In this document: positions 57,700 to 64,000 of the stretch, piece by piece
Layout: each line of letters begins with the position of its first letter
How positions within the stretch are numbered: position 1 is the stretch's first letter
Assembly: GCA_963758295.1 (NCBI GenBank)
Contig: CAVWUU010000004.1
Span: 256,001 to 320,000, forward strand
Origin: Candidatus Eremiobacteria bacterium
GTDB lineage: Bacteria; Vulcanimicrobiota; Vulcanimicrobiia; Vulcanimicrobiales; Vulcanimicrobiaceae
Reading direction: 5' to 3'
Length of the DNA: 64,000 nt
The notes under the pieces: model-generated
What the model saw: only the letters and a program-made list of their open reading frames with translations
Databases searched by the model: none
What the model was told of the DNA's origin: nothing
Position numbers and translations under genes: made by a program

Positions 57700-59181
57700 T
57701 TACGAAAACCGAGAGCGCAGTTCTCGTTTGAGGACTTTACCGCTGGGGCCGAGAGGCATCGCTTCAACGATATGAATGTGGCGCGGATATTTGTGACGAG
57801 CGAGATGCTCCTGCGACCACGAAATGAATTCTTCGCGCACGACAGTGTAGCCGTCGTGCAAAACGAGGACGGCGTGGATTTCCTCGCCATGCGTCTGGTG
57901 CGGGATGCCGATCACCGCAACTTGCTTGACGGCATCGTGGCGCATTAACACTTCCTCGACCTCGCGCGGATAAACGTTGAAGCCGCCGCGAAGGATCATA
58001 TCTTTCTTCCGGTCGACGATCGTAATGAAACCGTCGGGATCTTTCGTGCCGAGATCGCCGCTGCGAAACCAGCCATCGACGATCGCGGCTCGCGTGGCGT
58101 CCGGGTTGTTCAAATATCCCTTGAAGACGCAGTGGCCGCGAATGACGATTTCGCCCAATTCATTTGGCGGAACGAATTCGACGTGGTCTTCAACATCAGG
58201 ATGTGCAACGGCCAGCTCAACGCCCCAGATCCCGCAGCCGACGGTGCCCGGCCTGCGGCCGAACTCGCGTTGATTGAAACTTGCAACAGGCGACGTCTCC
58301 GAAAGGCCGTAGCCTTCCAGAATTTCCGTATCGAAGGCCCTCTCCCACGCTTCCAATACCGGGACGGGCAAGGATGATCCGCCGGAAGCGGCACAGCGCA
58401 GCGGCGGCCGGCGCTCGTCTTTGCGGGCTGCATCCAGCAGGCCGATGTACATGGTCGGTACGCCGGAGAAGAGCGTAACGTTTTCGCGCACCATAAGATC
58501 GAGTGCCGCCGGACCGTCGAAACGCGGCATCAGCACCATCATCGCGCCCACGCGAAAAGCCGTGTTCATCACGCACGTTTGCCCGAACGAATGGAAAAGC
58601 GGCAGCGCGCACAGCAAGATGTCATCGGCGCGTACTTCAAAAAGGTCGCGCGCGCACACGGTCGCGTTGAGGACGAGATTGTTTTGCGAAAGAACCGCGC
58701 CTTTCGGTACGCCGGTCGTGCCGCTCGTATAAAGAATCACGGCATCGTCGAAGGCTTCCCTCCGGGCGAGCGCCGGCAGCGGTTCGACGTCCGGGGTTCC
58801 GGCAGGCATCAACGGAACGCCGGCGAGTTCGGCGCCCCGGGCGCCCGCTGCCAGCGCCTCGTGGCAGACCAGAAGCTTTGCCCCGGAGTCCCGAAGCACG
58901 TAAGCGACCTCTTGGGCGGTGAGCAGCGCGTGGACGGGGACGACGACCGCGCCGGCTGCCAGCGTCCCGTAGTACGCTCGTGGAAAGTCCGCCACGTTTG
59001 GAAGAAGTACGGCGATCCGGTCGCCCGGCGCGATTCCGGCGTCGACAAACTTTCGGGCATACCGGCGCGCCTGTGCCCATAAATCGGCATAGCAAATGCG
59101 TTCCGGCCCGGCCACGACCGCCGTGCGGCCGGGATGCCTGAGCGCACTTTCCGCTAAGATCGAGGCCAAAGAGAGCGCCAT
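57700..59181 (-). CDS. Long-chain fatty acid--CoA ligase
   Basis: YTSGTTGVPKG, EGYGLSETSP, GWFRSGDLG, DRKKDMI, GKVLKR; SD GGAGG. Confidence 0.93.
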   Translation of the reverse strand: MALSLASILAESALRHPGRTAVVAGPERICYADLWAQARRYARKFVDAGIAPGDRIAVLLPNVADFPRAYYGTLAAGAVVVPVHALLTAQEVAYVLRDSGAKLLVCHEALAAGARGAELAGVPLMPAGTPDVEPLPALARREAFDDAVILYTSGTTGVPKGAVLSQNNLVLNATVCARDLFEVRADDILLCALPLFHSFGQTCVMNTAFRVGAMMVLMPRFDGPAALDLMVRENVTLFSGVPTMYIGLLDAARKDERRPPLRCAASGGSSLPVPVLEAWERAFDTEILEGYGLSETSPVASFNQREFGRRPGTVGCGIWGVELAVAHPDVEDHVEFVPPNELGEIVIRGHCVFKGYLNNPDATRAAIVDGWFRSGDLGTKDPDGFITIVDRKKDMILRGGFNVYPREVEEVLMRHDAVKQVAVIGIPHQTHGEEIHAVLVLHDGYTVVREEFISWSQEHLARHKYPRHIHIVEAMPLGPSGKVLKRELRSRFS

Positions 59182-59241
59182 ACCAGGTATCCTCCCGCCC
59201 TTGTGTGAAGAGAACACGCTTTGCCCGCCAGAGGAGTTCGA

Positions 59242-59862
59242 GTGATCACCGGCCCGGGGTTACTGTTCGTTGTGTCGGGGCCTTCCGGGGCCGGCAAGGA
59301 TACGTTGGTCGACGCGCTTCGTGCGCGGATGCCGCGGTTGAAGTATTCGATCTCCGCGACCACGCGCGACCCGCGACCGGGAGAGCGCGACGAGGAGCAC
59401 TACTTTTTCAAGTCTCGAGTTCAGTTTGAACGCGAGCGCGAAGAGAACGGCTACCTGGAGTGGCGGGAATACAACGGCAACCTTTACGGGACGCCGAGGA
59501 ACTTCGTGGTTAACACGCTGACCGAAGGCTACGATCTAATCATGAAGCCCGAAGTCAACGGGGCGCTCGCAATAAAGGCAGCGTATCCGGACGCGGTGTT
59601 GATTTTCCTGGTTCCGGACCGCTTTTCGCACCTACGCGAACGCCTGCTCGCGCGGCGCACCGAGACCAACGAAGAGATCGCGCGACGGCTCGAAATCGCG
59701 CATCAAGAAATGAGGTCCATTCGGGACTTCGACTACATCGTGATCAACGAGCAGGATCGCTCGGAAGACGCGATTCGCGACCTGCAAGCGATTTTGCACG
59801 CAGAGCGCTTTCGTATCCACCGCTACGACGACGATTCATTGAACAACGTCGAGCGAACGTAA
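59242..59862 (+). CDS. gmk: Guanylate kinase
   Basis: SGPSGAGKDT, SISATTRDPRPGE, YGTP, FDYIVIN; start GTG 59242 or TTG 59221. Confidence 0.96.
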   Translation: MITGPGLLFVVSGPSGAGKDTLVDALRARMPRLKYSISATTRDPRPGERDEEHYFFKSRVQFEREREENGYLEWREYNGNLYGTPRNFVVNTLTEGYDLIMKPEVNGALAIKAAYPDAVLIFLVPDRFSHLRERLLARRTETNEEIARRLEIAHQEMRSIRDFDYIVINEQDRSEDAIRDLQAILHAERFRIHRYDDDSLNNVERT

Positions 59863-59877
59863 GACATAAGGAACCAA

Positions 59878-60150
59878 GTGAGTAAGACTGTTTTTGGCGA
59901 TCTCGACGCGCTGCTCAAACACGCGGATTCGAAGTTCAGCCTCGTCAATATCGTCACCAAGCGCGCCCGCCAGTTGAACAACTGGATCCGGGTCCAGCAA
60001 CTGCCGCCCTCGGATCGTCGCGAGTACTTTGCAAGCGAGCCGTTGGTCGATAAGGACGATATCAACCCGAATAAGCCGGTTTCGATCGCCCTGGATGAGA
60101 TTGCCGAAGGCCATATTGAATACCACCGCACCAAAGAGGGTATTAAGTAG
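59878..60150 (+). CDS. rpoZ: RNA polymerase omega subunit
   Basis: SKFSLVNIVTKRARQL, KPVSIALDEIAEG; follows gmk. Confidence 0.93.
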   Translation: MSKTVFGDLDALLKHADSKFSLVNIVTKRARQLNNWIRVQQLPPSDRREYFASEPLVDKDDINPNKPVSIALDEIAEGHIEYHRTKEGIK

Positions 60151-60194
60151 CCGAATTAAGCTGGCGCTTAATCCGTCTTAGGAGTATTGATAGG

Positions 60195-62036
60195 ATGTGC
60201 GGGATCGTTGGCTACATCGGAGAGCGCGATAGCGTTCCGATCATTCTCGATTCGCTTTCGCGACTCGAGTATCGCGGCTATGACAGTGCCGGCATCGCGG
60301 TAATCGACGCGGACGGCGCCCTCACCGGAAGCAAAGCCGAGGGCAAGCTCTCGCGCCTCGCGGAACGGTTGCAAAACGGCGGCCGCATCGCCGGTAAAGT
60401 CGGCGTCGGACACACGCGCTGGGCGACGCACGGGCGTCCGAACGATGCCAATGCGCATCCGCACATGGACTGCAGCGGCAACATCGCCGTGGTCCACAAC
60501 GGCATCATCGAGAACTATGCGTCGCTTCGCGCAAAGCTGCTCGAACTCGGACATACGTTTAAGAGCGAAACCGATACGGAAGTGCTCGCGCATCTCATCG
60601 AGGTGCACTACGACGGCGACATCGTCGCCGCCGTACGCAAGACGCTCGAAGAAGTCGTCGGCGCTTATGCGCTCGGCGTTATTTCCAGCGACGATCCGGA
60701 TCGCCTGATCTTCGCGCGTAACGGCGCGAGCCCGCTCGTCGTGGGCATCGGCGACGGCGAGATGTACGTTGCCTCCGATACGCCGGCCATTCTGCCGTAT
60801 ACGCGCAAAGAAATCATCTTGCAAGAAGGCGAGATGGTTGTCGTCGGCCGTGACGGCTATTCGCTCACGCGCTACGACGGCACGCCGGTGCATCGCGACG
60901 TCACGCACGTAACGTGGGATGCAACCTCGGCCGAGAAGAGCGGCTACAAGCACTTCATGCTCAAGGAAATCTTCGAGCAGCCCAACGTGATCAAAGAGAC
61001 GCTGGCCGGCCGCATCGATGAAGACGGCATGGTGCATCTCGGCACGGAACTCGGTGAAGCCGCCGACAAAAAACTGCGTGACATTTCAAAAATCGCCATC
61101 ACCGGCTGCGGCACCGCGTACCACGCCGGCATGGTCGGGATGTACTTGCTGCGTTCGCTCGTAAAGCTGCCCGTGGAAATGGAGCTTGCCAGCGAATTCC
61201 GCTACGGCGATCCCGTCATCGATCCGACGGCGCTGGTTATCGCTATGTCGCAGTCCGGCGAAACCGCCGATACGATCGAAGCTATCCGTATCGCAAAGAA
61301 TGCCGGCACAACGATTCTTGGCATCTGTAACGTGCTGGGATCGCACCTGACGCGCATTGCCGACGGCACGCTCTACACGCGCGGCGGTCCCGAAATCGGC
61401 GTCGCAGCGACCAAGACCTACGTGTCTCAAGTTACGGCGATGACGCTGTTCTCGCTGTACCTGGCGAAGGTTCGGGGCACGGTGGATCCGCAACGTCTGA
61501 AGGAAATCGGCGAAAACACGAAGCTGCTTCCGGCGTCCGTCGACGTGATCCTCAATACGTCGAGCTACATCCGCGACGTCGCGCGCAAGATTCGTAAGAT
61601 GCGCAGCTGTCTCTTTATCGGCCGTTACATCAATTTCCCGACGGCGCTCGAAGGCGCATTGAAACTGAAAGAAATCAGCTACATTCACGCTGAGGGCTAC
61701 GCGGCCGGCGAAATGAAACACGGGCCGATCGCGCTGCTCGATACCGAAACGCCGGTGATCGGCGTTATGACCGACGGACGCGTGCGCGACAAAATTCTGT
61801 CGAACCTGATGGAGTCCAAGGCGCGCGAAGCACCCATCATCGTGGTTGCGAACCACGGAGACGAAGAAGCAGCAGAAGTTGCCGACTACGTCTTCTGGGT
61901 TCCGAAAGTCGACGAACTGCTCTCGCCGATTGTCAACGTCATCCCGCTGCAGCTGTTGGCCTATCACATCGCCGACATCGAAGGCAAAGACGTGGATCAA
62001 CCTCGCAACCTGGCGAAAACCGTCACGGTCGAATAG
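60195..62036 (+). CDS. glmS: Glutamine--fructose-6-phosphate transaminase
   Basis: MCGIVG, GHTRWATHG, SQSGETADT, EGALKLKEISY, DQPRNLAKTVTVE. Confidence 0.97.
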   Translation: MCGIVGYIGERDSVPIILDSLSRLEYRGYDSAGIAVIDADGALTGSKAEGKLSRLAERLQNGGRIAGKVGVGHTRWATHGRPNDANAHPHMDCSGNIAVVHNGIIENYASLRAKLLELGHTFKSETDTEVLAHLIEVHYDGDIVAAVRKTLEEVVGAYALGVISSDDPDRLIFARNGASPLVVGIGDGEMYVASDTPAILPYTRKEIILQEGEMVVVGRDGYSLTRYDGTPVHRDVTHVTWDATSAEKSGYKHFMLKEIFEQPNVIKETLAGRIDEDGMVHLGTELGEAADKKLRDISKIAITGCGTAYHAGMVGMYLLRSLVKLPVEMELASEFRYGDPVIDPTALVIAMSQSGETADTIEAIRIAKNAGTTILGICNVLGSHLTRIADGTLYTRGGPEIGVAATKTYVSQVTAMTLFSLYLAKVRGTVDPQRLKEIGENTKLLPASVDVILNTSSYIRDVARKIRKMRSCLFIGRYINFPTALEGALKLKEISYIHAEGYAAGEMKHGPIALLDTETPVIGVMTDGRVRDKILSNLMESKAREAPIIVVANHGDEEAAEVADYVFWVPKVDELLSPIVNVIPLQLLAYHIADIEGKDVDQPRNLAKTVTVE

Positions 62037-62062
62037 TACAAGCACGTTTATTTTATGGATAT

Positions 62063-62096
62063 AAAGGGTAGCCGCTAGGCTGCCCTTTGTTGTTTG
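62063..62096 (+). terminator. Intrinsic terminator after glmS
   Basis: AAAGGGTAGCC-gcta-GGCTGCCCTTT followed by GTTGTTTG. Confidence 0.75.
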
Positions 62097-62121
62097 TCCG
62101 CATTATGGGCAAGAGTGATAC

Positions 62122-64000
62122 ATGCGAATGCGGACGTGGCAGAAGTGGCTGGTCGGGATAGCGGCAGCTTGCGCGCTCATCGTCCTTACGATCGCCATCG
62201 CATTCCAACCAATCGCGCGCGCTTCGGCGGCCACTATCGCGCGCGCTATGGGGTTCAAGCTGGCCTATGATTCGCTGTCGATCCATTCCGGCGAAGTAAT
62301 TGCAAAAAACCTACGTGTAAGCACGACTAAGGGGGAACCGGTAGCATCGATCGCTTCGCTCGATGTGAAGTATTCGCTCGGCGAAGCGCTCCGCAACACG
62401 CGGATGTACGGCCTGCAGTCGTTCGATGTGGAACAGCCGCGAATTACGCTGATCCGTCATCGCGACGGTTCGTGGAACGTGCCGATTCCCAAAGAGAAGC
62501 AGAACGGTAAACCGCCTACGACGCCGATGATTTTTAGCGGCATCGTTCGTAACGGCAGCGTCGACGTGTTCGATGAGGCGCAAGGCGTCCCGTCGGCGCG
62601 CCACTTGATGGTGCGCGATATCAACACGACGATGGACGTAGCGACCAACGCCCGAACAACCTACGACGCATCGCTCGCCTATGAAGAAGCCGGGCAGTCC
62701 TACCCACTGCGCGGAGCCGGCACGATCGACGTAAAGCACGGCTACGCAACGCAACGCTGGACCAGCGCGCAACTCCCAATAGCGCACATCGTTGACGTCG
62801 CTCTTAATTCGCCAAGCATGCACATTGTCGGTGGCTCGCTTCGCAATTTGGACGCGCGAATCGTCGGATTGGCGGGGCCCGACGGCTCCTTAGACCAGCA
62901 CGTGGATGCCACGGCGTCGCTCGATAAAGCGCGCATCGCGATCGGCGGCCTACAGAAACCGCTGCGTGACGTTCACGGGCAACTAGCGGTATTCGGCGAC
63001 GGGCTCCTTATGCAGTCGATTCGTGCGACCGTCGCCAACGTGCCGGTCAAGCTCGGCGGCGGCATGTACCATCTGAGCAATCCATCGTTCCGGTTGACTG
63101 TTGAGGGCAGCGGCGACATGCACGACCTGCGCGGTGCGCTCGCGCAATCCGCATCGCTTCCGGTCTCCGGAAATGCGCACCTGAACGTGCTTGTCGAAGG
63201 GCATCCGTCGAAACCGCTGATCCTGATCGGCATTCGTGCACCGAGAGTTCATTATGCGACGGCCAACATCCAGAATGCCGGCGGACTGATAGCGTTCGAC
63301 GGCCGGGAAGCCGACGTTATTGACTTCAGCGCGCGTTATCTCGGCATTGCGGCGAACGCGCACGGAAAGCTTGCGCTTCATCCCGGGCCACGCGCACTCG
63401 AAATGGCAGCCGGCATCATCGCACCGCCGAATACCGTTCCATATTCCAGCACGCTCCTCGCTGGAGTGCCAATCGCAGCGTCGGTCTTGGCGACCAGTGA
63501 TTCGCTCAAAAATATCGACGGCCGCGGCATCGTCTCGGGACACGCGGGCGGAACGACCGTAGCTGGACTTTTCGACGTTACGGGCGATGGCGTCGGAACC
63601 GTTGGGCCGCTTCGGATCACACGCGGCGGTTCGTCGCTCTATACGGCTGCTTTCATCGATCGCCCGCATCAGCACATCGACGCACTTCTCGACGCCGATC
63701 GCTTCCGCGTTGCCGTTGCGCAGCTGAGCGGAACGCTCGACGGCCGCATTGCCGGATCGTATGAGAACGGCCGCATCTCGGCCGGCGGCTGGACCCAATT
63801 GCATGACGTCCGGACTCCGTACACGACCGTTGCTCGCGCGGACGCGCGCTTCGGCGAAACGGCGAATCACGGCGTCGCTCTCGCGATGGATGCGACCGGG
63901 ATCGGCGCGCTCGGTGCAGTGGCGACCGCGATGGTGAGCTATAACAACGGAACGGTAAAGGTCCACGATGCGACGGCATCGCTCGCCGGCTCGTTCGTGG
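62122..64000 (+). CDS. TamB/AsmA-like large envelope protein (3' truncated; absent from the ORF track)
   Basis: Frame appears open from ATG 62122 to the window end; N-terminal TM anchor, PRITLIRHRDGSWN motif and long beta-rich repeats. Confidence 0.75.
   Translation, partial: MRMRTWQKWLVGIAAACALIVLTIAIAFQPIARASAATIARAMGFKLAYDSLSIHSGEVIAKNLRVSTTKGEPVASIASLDVKYSLGEALRNTRMYGLQSFDVEQPRITLIRHRDGSWNVPIPKEKQNGKPPTTPMIFSGIVRNGSVDVFDEAQGVPSARHLMVRDINTTMDVATNARTTYDASLAYEEAGQSYPLRGAGTIDVKHGYATQRWTSAQLPIAHIVDVALNSPSMHIVGGSLRNLDARIVGLAGPDGSLDQHVDATASLDKARIAIGGLQKPLRDVHGQLAVFGDGLLMQSIRATVANVPVKLGGGMYHLSNPSFRLTVEGSGDMHDLRGALAQSASLPVSGNAHLNVLVEGHPSKPLILIGIRAPRVHYATANIQNAGGLIAFDGREADVIDFSARYLGIAANAHGKLALHPGPRALEMAAGIIAPPNTVPYSSTLLAGVPIAASVLATSDSLKNIDGRGIVSGHAGGTTVAGLFDVTGDGVGTVGPLRITRGGSSLYTAAFIDRPHQHIDALLDADRFRVAVAQLSGTLDGRIAGSYENGRISAGGWTQLHDVRTPYTTVARADARFGETANHGVALAMDATGIGALGAVATAMVSYNNGTVKVHDATASLAGSFV

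Noticed and set aside
60151..60194. glmS ribozyme upstream of glmS
   Set aside because: Only 44 nt between rpoZ and glmS, with one small ATTAAGC/GCTTAAT hairpin; far too short.
62311..63979. Minus-strand ORFs in the track (e.g. 62983..63966)
   Set aside because: Antisense shadows of the long plus-strand frame from 62122, which the track omits because it has no stop in the window.

Overview
GC-rich bacterial chromosomal window with no rRNA, tRNA, CRISPR array or recognisable mobile element. It mixes diderm traits (Wza, fimbrial usher, TamB/AsmA-like protein) with Firmicutes/Actinobacteria-like genes (pyrR, PbpA-PknB/PASTA, SpoIID, RqcH, partner-switching proteins), which suggests a diderm Terrabacteria lineage such as Eremiobacterota/Vulcanimicrobiota (inference only). 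Layout: (1) 1-18.2 kb, a Wzx/Wzy exopolysaccharide locus with two paralogous lipoproteins carrying a putative glycoside-hydrolase domain, an internally duplicated glycosyltransferase, a DegT aminotransferase, a GNAT, TlpA, Wza/Wzc and two related atypical receiver proteins; (2) valS-pyrR-pyrB-pyrC, then carA and carB separated by about 12 kb holding a MoxR/DUF58/VWA operon, pdxH and a signalling island (STAS, anti-sigma kinase, GAF-SpoIIE phosphatase, RHH protein, CheB and a CheB*-CheR-PAS-coiled-coil fusion); (3) pbp-pknB-ruvCAB-spoIID-pilZ-queA-qor, an atypical SOD with a candidate structured leader RNA, rqcH, a Csu-type chaperone-usher pilus operon, acyl-CoA ligase, gmk-rpoZ-glmS and a partial TamB/AsmA-like gene. 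The best leads are a chemoreceptor-free CheB/CheR methylation module beside a partner-switching cassette, two recurring alternative-sigma promoter motifs (AGG-N18/19-(G/T)AA before housekeeping genes; GTT-N16/17-GGG(T/A)A before stress genes), and the SOD leader RNA. Several single-base frameshifts, three of them in essential valS, look like assembly errors.
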